Shown here: piece by piece, positions 1-13,059 of the stretch
Layout of the letters: each line of letters opens with the position of its first letter
Position numbering within the stretch: the stretch's first letter is position 1
Source of the DNA: Chiloscyllium plagiosum
Lineage: Eukaryota
Assembly (NCBI RefSeq): GCF_004010195.1
Contig: NC_057718.1
Span: 81,730,028 to 81,794,027, forward strand
Length of the DNA: 64,000 nt
Direction: 5' to 3'
Notes under the pieces: model-generated
Told to the model about the DNA's origin: nothing
Seen by the model: only the letters and a program-made list of their open reading frames with translations
The model's database searches: none
Program-made: the position numbers and the translations under genes

Positions 1-672
1 AGGTATACCCACATAATGAATCAGAAAATGTTCTTGTACACACTTAATAAATTCCTGTCCATCTAAATCTTTAACACTATGACAGTCCCGTTTATGTTTG
101 GAAAGTTAAAATCCCTTGCCATAACCATCCTATTATTCTTACAGATAACTGAGATCTTCTTACAAATTTGTTTCTCAATTTCCCTCTTAGGGGGTCTACC
201 CTACAATCCCAATAAGGTGATCATCCATTTCTTATTTCTCAGTCCCTCCCAAATAAATTCACTGGATGTATTTCCAGGAATATCCTCCTAAGTAAGCTGT
301 AATGCTATCCTTTATCAAAAACACCACTCCCCCTCTTCTCTTGCTGCCCTTTCTATCCTTCCTGTCACATTTGTATCCTGGAACATTAAGCTGCCAACCC
401 TGTCCATCCCGAGCCATGTTTTTGTAATTACTATGATATCCCAGTCCCATGTTCTTAACCATGCCCTGAGTTCATCTGCCTTCCCTGTTAGACCCCTTGC
501 ATTGAAATAAATTAAGTTTCATTTATCAGTCCTACCTTGTTCGCTGCTTTGTCGCTGCCTGTCCTCACTGTTTGACTCACTTCTTTTCCCAACTGTACCA
601 GTCTCAGATTGATCTCTTTCCTCACTATCTCCCCGGGTCCCAAGCCCTCATCTTACTAGTTTAAATCCTCCT
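1..672 (-). mobile_element. CR1-clade LINE fragment (start of ORF2, AP endonuclease domain), cut by window edge
   Basis: ORF 259..462 reads RDGQGWQLNVPGYKCDRKDRKGSKRRGGVVFLIKDSITA, typical CR1 endonuclease N-terminus; frame broken. Confidence 0.9.
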
Positions 673-1943
673 GACGGTCAGAATCTCTTCTCACAATTCA
701 AACCTCAGGTACAAAATTGGACTTCTTTTTCTTGATATCAAGAGCTTCATTGTTCTGATCTCACCACATTTTCATTGAGGGGCACGGAGAATTTCACTTC
801 ATATTCCTTTTCATTCGTGCACTGATGACACTCAGCTCTGCCTCACCATTACTTTTCTGTTGTCCTTTGATACTCCTTAAAGTTTCTCTCTTAAAACAAG
901 TGTTTTATCTTCTACCCAAATATCTCCTCATATCTCTTGTCCAATCATGCTCCTGTGAAACATTGTGATTTTTTTTAAATATTAAAGGTGCCACATGAAT
1001 GCATATCTCAGTTGTTGCTGATGTCTGGCAATTATACATAATGCCTAGGATTGACAATCCTCCCGGTATGACCTAGAGTTTCTCTGAATTAAATATTAAT
1101 CTCCAGACCACTGATCCCCCATGTTCCTACACGGAGTAAGGATGAGACATCTATGTCACCAGCCTGGGTAGTTTGGAACTGTCAAGTAAGTCCCTGCCTG
1201 GGAAAGAACAGGGCAAGCATGGAAGACTTGCACATCAGGATGATCAGGGTGTGTTTTGTTCAGAAAGTTCCGAAGTTGGAGATTTTATTGTTGTGAGCTA
1301 AGGCTGAATATTTTGTAAACTTTCAAATAAAGCCATATCTATCTATATTATATAGCTATTCATATATAGTTATGGTTCATACACATACAGAAATATTGAA
1401 ATGTTTTAATTAAAATATTAGGCTGATGGAAGCTTCTTGATGCTCATTTTATTTCCTTAGAGCTTTGCTGGAATGATTTGCATGTGTCCCCGGGCCATAT
1501 GTGAAGTATTTGGATGCACTTGACTTCAGGTATACTACAGACATCAAATTCTTCACGTACAGTCAAACAACACCTGAAATTGTGCCTTATTTTCATCCCT
1601 ATTCACTAATATACAATGGTATCAGATACAACGGACTTTACTTTGATGAAGGGCAGGAGCTTGTTTACCAATATACCAATACAAACCAACTCCCAGGAGT
1701 AGTTAGCACGGGTTATTAAATGCAGCACAGTATGTTTCTGGACATTATTGCTTTACTTGCTAAGTATGCACTTCCTTTTTATATTGCACATCACATGCAT
1801 TTGGAAGCTTCTTGCAAAGGGAATGTGCATAGTTTCACTGTTATCAGGTACTTTTATTTAGCGCCCTGGTGAAATTACTTGTGTGGCTAACAAATTCCAA
1901 TTACCTTCATTGTGAGATGTGATTCATTCAGAAACACCAAGAG

Positions 1944-2246
1944 GGGTGGCACGGTGGCTCAGTGGTTAGCACTGCTGCCTCACATCACCAGGTCCCATGT
2001 TCGATTCCGGCCTCGTCTGTGTGGAGTTTGCATATTCTCCCCGTGTCTGCGTGGGTTTCCTCCGGGTGATCCAGTTTCCTCCCAAAGATGTGCAGGTCAG
2101 GTGAATTGGCCATGCTAAATTGCCCATAGTATTAGATGCATTAGTCAGAGGGTAACGGGTCTGGGTGAGTTACTCTTCGGAGGGTCGGTGTGGACTGGTT
2201 GGGCTGAAGGGCCTGTTTCCACACTGTAGGGAACCTAATCTAATCT
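1944..2246 (+). mobile_element. HE1-type shark SINE
   Basis: tRNA-like head GGTGGCACGGTGGCTCAGTGGTTAGCACTGCTGCCTCAC, core TGTGGAGTTTGCA..TTCTCCCCGTGTCTGCGTGGGTTTCCTCCGG, CR1-like tail GGGCCTGTTTCCACACTGTAG plus (TAATC)n. Confidence 0.92.
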
Positions 2247-2760
2247 TGTATATCATGCAAACTTACAGTTCAGTCACAAATAAGTGTCACATCACCATAA
2301 CAATGTGATTGGTCGCCTGCAGTTCTGGCCTACAGTTGCGCTGACAATAGTGATATGGGATGGGTTTCATTCCACAATGAACTTGATGAGATTTTGACTG
2401 GAATGGCATTCAAAATGTAAATAGGGTTATGCAGAATATAATTGCCTACTATCCCCTGTTATTTTCGATGTAATACAACTGAATATGCCAGAGAGTGATG
2501 GGATGTCAATTTTCAGGGCTGAAGTTTTGAAATATACATTTAAAACAATTCAACACTGACAAGACTATGGTGTGATTAGCTATGTGACGTGGTAAATCTC
2601 TCACCATTCAAATCTTAGGTACAAAATCGGACTTCTTTTTCAATTAAACTACTGGATACACCATGATGGCCTGTATTAATCCAAAATCCAATGATGCTAA
2701 GGAGTGTGGGCCAAATTGCCAAAAGTAGTGCTGTAATCTAGTTAAAGTCTGGTACTTAAA

Positions 2761-3067
2761 TCATAGAATCCCTTCAGTGTGGAAATAGGTCATTTGGCCC
2801 ATCACATCCATAATAAAGGCTCTGAAGGGCATCCCACCCATATACAACCCATTCCTGGAAATCTGCTAATCCACCTAGCCCGCACACCATGAGCAATTTA
2901 GTCTGGCCAATCCACCTAACCCACACATCTTTGGACCGTGGGAGGAAACCTAAATAAACATGGGAAGAATGTGTGAACTCCACACAGGCAGTCACCCAAG
3001 GCTGGAACTGCACCTGAGTCCCTGATAGTGTAAGGCAGCACTGCTAACCCCTGAGCCACCATACCAC
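2761..3067 (-). mobile_element. HE1-type SINE, more diverged
   Basis: Reverse complement of the same head, core and tail. Confidence 0.85.
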
Positions 3068-3303
3068 TCAGGACAAAGGGGAAAGAGGAAAGAAATTCTT
3101 CATATTTCAGACAGCAGAAGTACTTTGAAAGAAAAACACAGTAAAAATGAAAGTGAAGTCGATAGGTAGGAGAAGCATTAGTGTGTTCAAGATGAAACCA
3201 CAAGGGAAAAATAGTTTTTGATAGGATTTGTGGTGCATTCTGATGATTGATTCATTAACTTAAGTCAGAAGAAACATTACAATAAAGGTTCACAATATAT
3301 CAT

Positions 3304-4550
3304 TGTTATTACTTAGATTCTTGGGTTCTGGCTTGGCATCATATATAGTTTCAAGTTTGATTTGTTTTTCTATGTTACGTGGGTTAGGAGGGAAGGGTTT
3401 AATTTCATTTTGCATTCTGTGAGTGGTGCTTGGGGTGGCTGCAGGTCTGTTAATATACATTTAAACAAACCCTTGAAATGGACGGTACAGTGCTTTACAA
3501 AACAAAAGATAGGAAAGACAAAAAGTGTTATTAACTAACAAAGTTCGGCCTGTGATAGGGAGACAGCTATAGTTCAAGGGGAGCTGGTGCCTAGTGGTGT
3601 TATCACTAAACTATTAATCCAGAGACCTCAGTTGTATTAGTGGACCCAGGTTCAAATGATGTTAGATGGTGTGTTCAATAAAAAAAAACTGGGATCAAGA
3701 GTTTAATGATGATAATGAAACTGATGTTAATTTTTTGGAAATAAACCCATTGGTCCATCAACATCCTTTAGGGGAGGAAACTGCTGTCCTTACCTGGGTT
3801 TAGCTGATATTTGACTCCAGACATACAGCAATGTGATTGACTCTTAACTGTTCTCTTGGGCAATTAGGGATGAGCAACAAATGCTGATCTGGCCAACGAT
3901 GCTCACATCCTGTGAATGAACTAAAACAAAAGAAACGGAGAACCATCTGAAAGGTCAGTGTCTGCGCAAACTACTGTTAGAGAGAACAGGTCTAAAGCAG
4001 TTAGCTTAGCAGTTGCCAACTCATTTTAGGCTGAAATAAATCCTGAATGTTTTATGTAAGGGTGATGAAGCTCCAGAAGCTGAAGGCTATGGAAGAGGAG
4101 TTAAGAGATCCATATTAAGAAATGGGAGTTGTCTCCTGAAGAGACATTAACTAAAGAAGCTAACACTGAGTGAATGTAAACATTTGCCAAAAAGAAACCT
4201 AGTACATCCTCCCCAACTGAAGAAGTAATCTTAAAATGGGAGCAGAGTAACCCTTCATTGAAGTTTGATTACCTATAAGGTTGTTCCTGAGGATTAAAAA
4301 AGTTGAATCTTCATCCCTTATATTTGTAATAAGACAATTTCAAATAGTTCTTTTTTGGTGGAAAATAATTAGTGCATTTTTCTTTCACGTGTAATAAACT
4401 TGGATGTTCTTTTGTTAAAAGTACATTGGCAATCTCTTGTGGTCAGTGACTGACCAAACAAATTGGAAAAATAGAACTTATTGTCTATCCAGACAGATTT
4501 CAATCTGGGATCTTACTTGTCTGGTGTTACCATCATGTGGTATAATAACA
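3304..4550 (+). mobile_element. Possible old solo LTR, interrupted by a SINE
   Basis: TGTTATTA (3304) and TAATAACA (4550) form an 8-bp terminal inverted repeat; AATAAA near 4393; no convincing TSD. Confidence 0.35.
3578..3931 (+). mobile_element. tRNA-derived SINE (second family)
   Basis: A-box-like GCCTAGTGG and B-box-like GGTTCAAAT, tail GGGCAATTAGGGATG..AAATGCTG..CACATCCTGTGAATGAA; homologous copy at 36100-36457. Confidence 0.8.
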
Positions 4551-5894
4551 CTGTGATAGATACATTGCAGCTTTATAAATAAGTGGGAAATGCGAGCCAG
4601 AAGTTAGAAAATTACTGATGAAACAACTCTTATCTTGATCAAGATGCAGTTCAGAGATTGAAACCAGAATGCTTCAGGGAAAATCAGAACTATTTATATT
4701 TTGAAAAATCCTGATAAAAGATATTGAATCTTTATAATAACATAGTCCACAATCTAAGGAGCAATTTTCCACTCTAGCTAATACTGTATATTATGTTGTA
4801 AATCATTCCATTTGCAATGCTTACATTGATAATGCATTATCTATGCCTAATAGAAGCTTTGTTAATAAGCTCATTATCATGAGCATATTGTTGGGCCCTT
4901 GTGTTGTATGGGGATGGTGTTAGTGTGAAATGGTTTAATCAGCACTTTAGTTGGTTCCTGCTAGGTTGCTGATCTATGTGAATGGTTGCGTTTGATTATT
5001 AATTTTGGAACAACTCATGAACCCAATTAGGCATCACATGAGAGAACAAGAAATTTAAATCCCAGCCATTGTTCCTATAACTTGCCATTGGCATGTCACT
5101 AATGAGCTATTGGCCTGTTCCCATCTGGCATGATGTTGCTGTTGATTATGTAGAGTGATAATCCCATCCTTAGCATGATCTCTAAAATTTACATGTGAAA
5201 TGCAATCCAGTTGTAATGGATTATTGAGCAATAACTTAAGCATCCATTAAACTGCTAATTAAGAAGTAAACCTGACTTAAATAGGCAAGATTCCAATTTC
5301 TACATCCATTACTTGCTGCACATATGCACTACAAAATGTTCATTTGCACAAGGGGCTAACAGCATTACTGTTATCTGGCTACACAATATGAAATACAGAT
5401 TGTGTGCGTGCGCGTGTGTGTGTGTTGCTACTACTGTTTTATAGAATTAAAGGGAGTTACGGTCAATAGCCATTCCAATTCAGGAGGAATTTTTAAATTT
5501 GAATGTAGTATTTAAAACTAACTCCAATTGTATTACACGATAAAAGAGACATTTTGTGATAAAGTGCCTCTACTTTGCTATTTGAATAAGTTACCAAGCA
5601 TTAGGCAAGGTACCTACTTGCACTGCACACAAGGGATTGAGAAGCTGGAGGGGCACATTAGAATAGTAGGACAAAAGTCAGAGGGAATTGAGACAAAACT
5701 GTACAATGGCCTTGTCAAATTCAACCTGTTCAGTCTCAGTGAGATATTGGGGAGACATTTTTAGAGAAAAATGAAGAAGCTGATTCCTGAGCCTGAGTGA
5801 TGAGAAGAGACAGAAGCTCTTTACATAGCAGAAGAGATATTAAGAAGTAATCTTATTGAAGCTTAGCTGATAGCTAAGGAAAGTGTTTAAAAAG

Positions 5895-6285
5895 CAGAAA
5901 GATTTGCATTTCAATGACACTTTTTATAATCTCAGGACATCCTAAAGTACTTTGCAGCCAATGAAAAAGTTTTTTAAAAATGTCACTATCATAATGAAGG
6001 AAAAATGGATACCTATATATGTACAGCAATATTCCACACAAACAATGTAATAGCAACCAGATAACCTGCATTAGTAACACTTGTTGAAAGATAACTATTG
6101 GACAGGACACCAGGGAGAAGTCTCCAATTTTTCTTGCAAGTAAGCTATAGATCTTCTTATGTGCACCTGAGAGATAAACAGTTCACTCAAAGGTGGTACC
6201 TCTGATAGTGTGTGAGCCAGTGCTACATGATCAAGTATCTGGAGTGGGACTTGAACCCACAATATTGTGATGCAGTGGTTTGAGT
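5895..6285 (-). mobile_element. DeuSINE (SacSINE1/AmnSINE1-like)
   Basis: Reverse strand reads GTGGGTTCAAGTCCCACTCCAGA..GTGTCCTGTCCAATAGTTATCTTTCAAC..CATTGGCTGCAAAGTACTTTAGGATGTCCTGAG, as recalled for the Deu domain and tail. Confidence 0.8.
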
Positions 6286-6639
6286 GATTTCACAGAGCCA
6301 AGCCTTCAGTAGGAACAGGGTAATGAGTTACAAATTAAAACTGGAAAAAGTAAAGATTGATGTCAGAACATTCTTTACACAAAGAGTAACGAGGAATAGT
6401 CTTCCCAGAAGTATAAGGGAAAACACTGAAATCATTTCAGTTATCTTTAAATCTCTGGATAGACAAATTGAGATTGGCTGAATAGTCATCCTCACCTGAA
6501 ACTATCTTGTATTTGTTCTTCAAATTCAAAAATGACATAATGCTGCTCCAGAATTATTTATGTGCTTTATTTCAAACAGTCACCAATTTTCCAATAACAA
6601 GCCAAGCAAAATTAGAGGTAATAGGGGTGAATATTTTAG

Positions 6640-7465
6640 AGACATAGAGTGTCATACAGTCATACAGCACAGAAACAGGCCCTTCGGTCCATACCGACCA
6701 CATATCTTAAATTTAGGGTGACACAGTGGCTCAGTGGTTAGCCCTGCTGCTTCACAGTGCCCAGGGACCTAGGTTCAATTCCAGCCTCAGGCGACTGTCC
6801 ATGTGGAGTTTGCACACTCTCCCCATGTCTGCCTGGATTTCCTCCGGGTGTTCAGGTTTCCTCCCACAGTCCAAATATGTGTAGGTTAGGTTAATTGGCC
6901 ATGTTAAATAGACCATAGTGCTAGGTGCTCTAGTCAGAGGGAATTGGGTCTGGGTGAATTAATCTTCGAAGAATTGGAGTGGACTTGTTGGGCCGAAGGG
7001 CTTGTTTCTACACTGTAGGGAATCTAATCTGGTTGCACTTGGCCCATATCCATCTAAACCCTTCCTGTTCGTATACCCATCCAGATGCCTTTTAAGTGTT
7101 ATAATTGATCCAGCCTCCATCACTCCTTCTGGTAGCTCATTTCATACACGCACAACCTTCTGTGTGAAAACGTTGTCCCTTAGGTTCCTTTTAAATCTTT
7201 CCCTTCTCACCTTAAATCTATGCCTTCTAGTTTTGGACCCCCCCTACCCTAGGAAAAAGACTTTGGCTATTCACCCTGTCTATGTCCCTCACAATTTTAT
7301 AAACTTCTATAAGGTCGACCCTCAGCCGCCAATGCTCCAACGAGAATAGTCCCAGCCTGTTCAGCCTCTCCCTGTAGCTCAAACCCTCCAATCCCAGCAG
7401 CATCCTTGTTAACCTTTTCTGCATCCTCTCAAGTGTAACAACATTTTTCCTGTAGAAGGGCGACA
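6640..7465 (-). mobile_element. CR1 LINE 3' end, interrupted by HE1 SINE
   Basis: ORF 7227..7511 contains LERMQKRLTRMLLGLEGLSYRERLNRLGLFSLE (CR1 ORF2 C-terminus); tail resumes at 6640-6712 beyond the SINE. Confidence 0.9.
6716..7030 (+). mobile_element. HE1-type SINE nested in CR1 3' UTR
   Basis: HE1 head, core and tail ending AATCTAATCT. Confidence 0.9.
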
Positions 7466-7639
7466 GAATCTTCTGTTTTTTTTCACACATCTTCAATAAT
7501 AAAGGAAACACAACATATATTGTCCCAGGAACGTAGGACCTTAAAGAAGTTCTGCTCTTCTCTGCGAAAAGGTTGCCATTTGGCTCATTTCTCTATTTCA
7601 CCTTCATCCTTTTTGATTTCCCTGACTGTGTCTGATCAG

Positions 7640-7972
7640 ATTTTTATGATGGGAAAGAGACTGTGAACCACCTCCTTCTGGAATGTACCTTCGCAAAGAA
7701 AATCTGGAGAGAAGCGTAGGGACTTATGTCAAGGTTCACCACAAGCAGCACCATGAAACAGGGATTTGCACTCTGTGGCTTGTTCCCAGGGACACACACT
7801 GAGACAAAATCAACTGTGCCTGAAGGACCTTTAACTTAATAAAAGATGCACTTTAGTCTACCTGAAACTTACTGTGTTTTCTGTAGAAAGAGTTGTCCTC
7901 AATCAAATGCTGCAGATTAGCTAATTCCAATGTCCAGGACTACATGCTGAGGGATGCACTGAAGCTTGGGGC
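7640..7972 (+). mobile_element. Tx1/L1-clade LINE ORF2 C-terminal remnant
   Basis: Translation across stops and a frameshift gives GKETVNHLLLECTFAKKIW..GLFPGTHTET..VQDYMLRDALKLG, the C-terminal zinc-knuckle region of Tx1-type ORF2. Confidence 0.75.
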
Positions 7973-8011
7973 TTGATAATTCATGTTAGTTCTGGGTTTT
8001 ATAATATAAAA

Positions 8012-8220
8012 GTAAAGTCACTACATTCTTACTAGACCATAGGGTTACTCTTGCATTAGACAGAGATGACTGGTAGTGGTTTAACCTACGGTTCACTGTT
8101 GTTCAGGGAAGGGGAGAGATTGAGGAGAGTCCTATGTGGTAACACATGGGATTAAACCCATGCTGTTGACATCATTCCACATTGTGAACCATCTGGTCAG
8201 CCAACTGAGCTAACTGACTT
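8012..8220 (-). mobile_element. tRNA-derived SINE (third family)
   Basis: Minus strand begins GTCAGTTAGCTCAGTTGGCTG (A box) and has GGGTTTAATCCC (B-box-like). Confidence 0.7.
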
Positions 8221-10000
8221 ACAGTCAAATGATTACCAAAAATAATATTTGGTCTTTGCTTTGTTTGACTCTTGTGGTGTAAAATTTCTTTTGTTTAAAC
8301 CATGCAATCTTACGGCCTAATTCTTCTAAGTAAATAACTGGGATTTCCAAGTTCCTTTTCAGAAAGTTAGTGGTCTCAACTTAGAGTATGACATCTGTTT
8401 AATTAGAATAAATTGCCAGCGTCAGTCAAAGGTTCTGTAGTCTGTACAGTCTTATTTCTGTCAGGATAACTGAACATATTATGAAGTAAATTACATTTTT
8501 CAAACACAAGACATTCATGCTGTGAAATACAAACTCAGCTGTACAAGAGGTAGCTGTAATCTATTTCTCTTGAATTTGTTTTTTCCCAGGAAAAGAAATC
8601 TTTTATAAAAATACAATTTATCTTCTACTGTGATTACCTAGAAAACATAAACACCGAGTTTCACGCTCTGTAACAGTTTCATAATCAGCTGCTTCATATG
8701 TCTCCATGGAGTTTTACTTTTCGCACTTTCAAATCATTTTGATCAGTCCTTGGGAAACCTGTTTTTATTTAAACAATTTCATGATATACAGGCATTGCTA
8801 GCACATCCTGCATTTATTGTCTTTCCTTAATTGCACTTTGAAGAGGTGGTGACAAATTACTTTCTTCAATATATAACATTTGAGTGGGGGGGGGGAAGTA
8901 CTCCCATCATGTTGTGATGAAGGGAGCTCCTGGATTTTGTACTTTTATAATATAAAAGTAAAGTTACTACATTCTTACCAGATCATAGGGTTACTCTTGC
9001 ATTAGAGAGAGATGACTGGCAGTGGTTTAACCTACGGTTCACTGTTGTTCAGGGAAGGGGAGAGATTGAGGAGAGTGACAATAAAGAAGCAGTGACAAAT
9101 GACAATGTCCAGCTAGTGTATGGGAGCATTAAAACATAGAGACTGGCATAGGCCATTCAACCCCTTTGACTCATCTGTAAACTAACTTCAGATATCTGCC
9201 TATACCACATATCTCTTCATATCTTTGGTTAACAATAATTTATCAGCCTCTGATTTATATTTAATAATTGTTTGAGCATCAGCTCCCATTTCTGAATAAG
9301 AATTGCAAACTTTTTTTGTGGAATTTTTTGGATGAATGGGTATTGTTCCCCAAGATAGCTCTTAAATGTATTTTGTACTAAGAGAGAAAGGTCTCACTAC
9401 AGTTTCCACAACAAATAACTTGTCATTCTGATCCTTTACCCATTGTTTAAAGGTCTAGGCAGAGTGGAGTACATTTCTGGACATGTTCCCAATATCTAAT
9501 TGTCTTAGACAACAAGATCAGTGTCAGAGGTATACATGGAGTTTTGAAAACTGTATTGGTGCCCTTTGGAAGTTTGAAATTCATGTGCTAGAACCACCCA
9601 TGTGTGCATTATAGTTGCATGCAAGTCTGGAATCCACATTTTAGGAAGGATGTGATTGCACTGGTGAGGCTACAGACGAGACTGAGGTGGGAAATGACCG
9701 AGAAGTATGAAATTACAAGAAGCAAAGACTGGGTGGACAGGAAGAAAATTTTCCCCATGATGGAGGCATCAATGATCAGGGGTATAGTTTTAGGTGAGGG
9801 GCAGGAGGTTTAGAGGAGAGATGAGCAAAATCTTTTCACCCAGAGAGTATTGAGAATCACTGCCTGTAAGGGTGGTGGAGGCAGAAATCCGTGTAATATT
9901 TAAGCCAAGGCATAAAAGTCTGGCTTAAATATTACACGGCCAAGTGCTATAAATGATATGAGAATGGTCACTGTTAACCAGTGCAGAACTATTTTTAAAA

Positions 10001-10310
10001 TTAGGTTAGATTCCCAACAGCATGGAAACAGGACCTTTGGCCCAACAAGTCCACACTAACCCCCTGAAGAATAACCCACCCAGACCCATTCTCCTACTCT
10101 GTATTTACCCCTGGCTAACTCACCTAACACTATGGGCATGGCATAGTGTCTTTGGCTTGTGGGAGGAAACCAGAGTACCTGGAGGAAACCCACACAGGCA
10201 CATGGAGAACGTGCAAACTCCACACAGACAGTCACCCAAGGTGGGACTCAAACCCAGGTCCCTGGTGCTATGAGGCAGGAGTGCTAGTCATTGAGCCACC
10301 TTGCCACCCA
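10001..10310 (-). mobile_element. HE1-type SINE
   Basis: Reverse HE1 motifs GGAAACAGG..GGCCCAACAAGTCCACAC..GTGCAAACTCCACACAGACAGTCACCCAAG. Confidence 0.9.
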
Positions 10311-10759
10311 TAAACACTTGCTGGTGTTTTCTGTGCTGTCAACCTCCTATGACTGTATGATACGTCAGGACTTACTCTGGGCCATGACCTCTAACATTGA
10401 GAAAGGCTGATCATTTGCCATGGCTCCAAACAGGAGACTGAAGCCACTAACTCTACTTTTCTCTCCACAGATCCTGCCTGATGAATATTTCCAACATTTC
10501 CTTGGATTTATATCAATAGTATCAAGTTGCACTGAGCCCTCGTGAGACTCCTACTTTACTAATCCATCCACTCAGGCGAACTTTGACACTTATTCAATCT
10601 GCATGAGTTGGATATAATCATCAAGCTAGGCATGTGAAAATTATAACTGAAAGAAATTGGTAAATGTTGTAATATAGAAGCAGGTAGCAGCATGACTGCT
10701 GAAGATTACAGTAACTTTTTCGCCAGCAGTCCACTTCTATCTTTGTTTGCCAGTATATA

Positions 10760-11620
10760 AACACCTTGGAAAGGGTGAGTTTATCAGGATATTTGAAGAG
10801 CACTTGAAATAATATAACATGTAAGGTGCTGCAATTTGGAAAGGCAAATCAGGGCAGAACTTAATGGTAAGGTCCCAGGGAGTGTTTCTCAACAAAGAGA
10901 CCTGGAGTGCAGGTTCATAGTTCCTTGAAAGTGGAGTCACAGGTAGATAGGCTAGGGAAGAAGGCATTTGGTATGCTCTCCTTTATTGGTCAGAGCATTG
11001 AGTAGGGGAGTTGCGAGGTCATGTTGAGGCTGTACAAGACATTAGTTAGGCCATTTTTTAAATTTTCTGTGCAATTCTGGTCTACCTCCAATCAGAATGA
11101 TGTTGTGAAACTTTAAAGGGTTCAGAAAAGATTTACAAGGATGTTACCAGGGTTGGAAGGTTTGAGCTACAGGGAGAAGCTGCACAGGCTGATGCTGAGG
11201 GTGACCTTATAGAGGTTTATAAAATTTATATTTATATTTTACAAAATTTATAAAATCATGAGCGGCATGGAAAGAGTAAATAGGCAAGGTATTTTTTCCC
11301 TGGGTTGGGGGAGTCCAGAGCTAGAGGGCATAGGTTTAAGGTGACAGGGGAAAAAAAATTAAAAGGGTCCTAAGGGATAACTTTTTCACGCGGAGGGTGG
11401 TGTGTGTATGGAATGAGCTGCCAGAGGAAGTGGTGGAGGATGGTACTGTTACAACATTTAAAAGACATCTGGATGGGTATATGGATAGGAAGGGTTTAGA
11501 GGGATATGGGGCAAGTACTGGCAAATAGGACTAGATTAGTTTAGGATATCTGGTCAGCATGGATGGGTTGGACCAAAAGGTCTGTTTCCATGCTGTACAC
11601 CTCTGACTCTCTATTACTCT
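10760..11620 (+). mobile_element. CR1 LINE 3' fragment
   Basis: CR1 ORF2 end (GTGCAATTCTGGTC..AAGGGTTCAGAAAAGATTTACAAGGATG) and 3' UTR ending TGTTTCCATGCTGTACACCTCTGACTCTCTATTACTCTA. Confidence 0.9.
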
Positions 11621-13059
11621 AAAGGAGAGAAACATAAGAGATTTTAAAGTGTTTTCTTGAGAGATGCTACCATCGTGATCACAAGATTACAGGAAAAATA
11701 CATGCAGTGAATGATGTGTTTTAACATAGTTTACTCCTTCAGAAATAAAAATTCAGAAATTCCTCTTCATCCTGATATTAAACTGGATTATGGTTGAGAT
11801 TTAAGATTCCCACCTTATTAACTACCTGAGAGTGGATTTGTATGAGAAATTCTTCCTGACATCTATGTTAAATTGGATTTCATCAGTTTAAACCTCTGAA
11901 TCCCAGCCCTTACTTTTACTTTGATATAGTTCCCTGTATTACCTTCTATGATTTTGTATCCTGGACAATCATCTCTGAGTCACACTCTTCCAAAAGTTGA
12001 AGAATCTCAGACTTTCTGAGCTTGACTGGTACCTTTACCGACTGATGCAAACATCTGGCTAATTTCTGAAGCCCCCTACAGCACTTCCCTTGTGTCGCTG
12101 TGACCAAGACTGGAGACAGTACTGAATATACGATCTGACCAGTGAATTGCATTACTTCAACACCAGCTCTGCAATGCACATTTAGCAGTCCAGTCCAGTA
12201 TTCCGTTCACTGTGTTATTGCTTTTCCAAAATGACTTGGTCTATTATCTGTAGATTTCTTTCAACCTTTAAAATTTCTACACCATTCAAAGTACTTAGGT
12301 TGCCCTTGGTATTTCACATTGTGCAAAGCATGACACATCTCTGCATTCATTCTCACTTCCTCATTTCTGCCAAATTTACTTATTTCATTGAATTCCTCTT
12401 ATAACAGTGTGGAACTTTATTTGTCAATGAGGGAGGTGTAGGGGTAGGGAAGGCTTGGGGGCTTGTCAGAGGTTAGCGCAGTGAAAATCATTAGCCTGTT
12501 GGGAAACAAACATGTTTAACTCGCTAAATATTTTTCAATCAATCTATTCAGATATGTTACAATATGCCTCTAGGCTAGGTGGTCCTTGAACTCAGACCTT
12601 TTGGTCCAGAAACTGGGATGCTACCATAGCACAGCTTGCTATTCTGGCGGTGTAACCCCAGCTTGCGGATCCCTCTGGAGCACACAGACAAGAGCACAGG
12701 AGCAAGTCATTAATCTGACACTGAGATGCTAGAAAATGTTTATATGGAGGGAACTGAAGTTGCAACCATGTCTATGAAAAAGGGTTCCACTTCCTGGTGT
12801 GTGTTTGTCCTGATTTATAGGACATTGTCAATGCTCTTGAAAGCCATTTGACTATCCGGTTGTAAACATAGCTACTTTCAGTCTTCACTACAGACTGGGA
12901 GCAGCTTATACAGCCATAACACTGACCTCTGAAATGGGGCCAGTAACATCAGCAGCAACAACAGTTGCTAAAACAGCTGCTTTCTCTGTATCCACAATGC
13001 TGTCAGGGAGAGATACTGATCTGCAACTCAACAGAAAATGATTATCGCCTTATCCCCCT

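Noticed and set aside
1944..2010. tRNA genes at SINE heads
   Set aside because: A and B boxes run directly into SINE bodies; no complete cloverleaf.
2377..2425. SECIS element for the TGA at 1474
   Set aside because: ATGA, a stem ATTTTGA/TCAAAAT and an AA are present, but the 3' GA of the quartet is missing.
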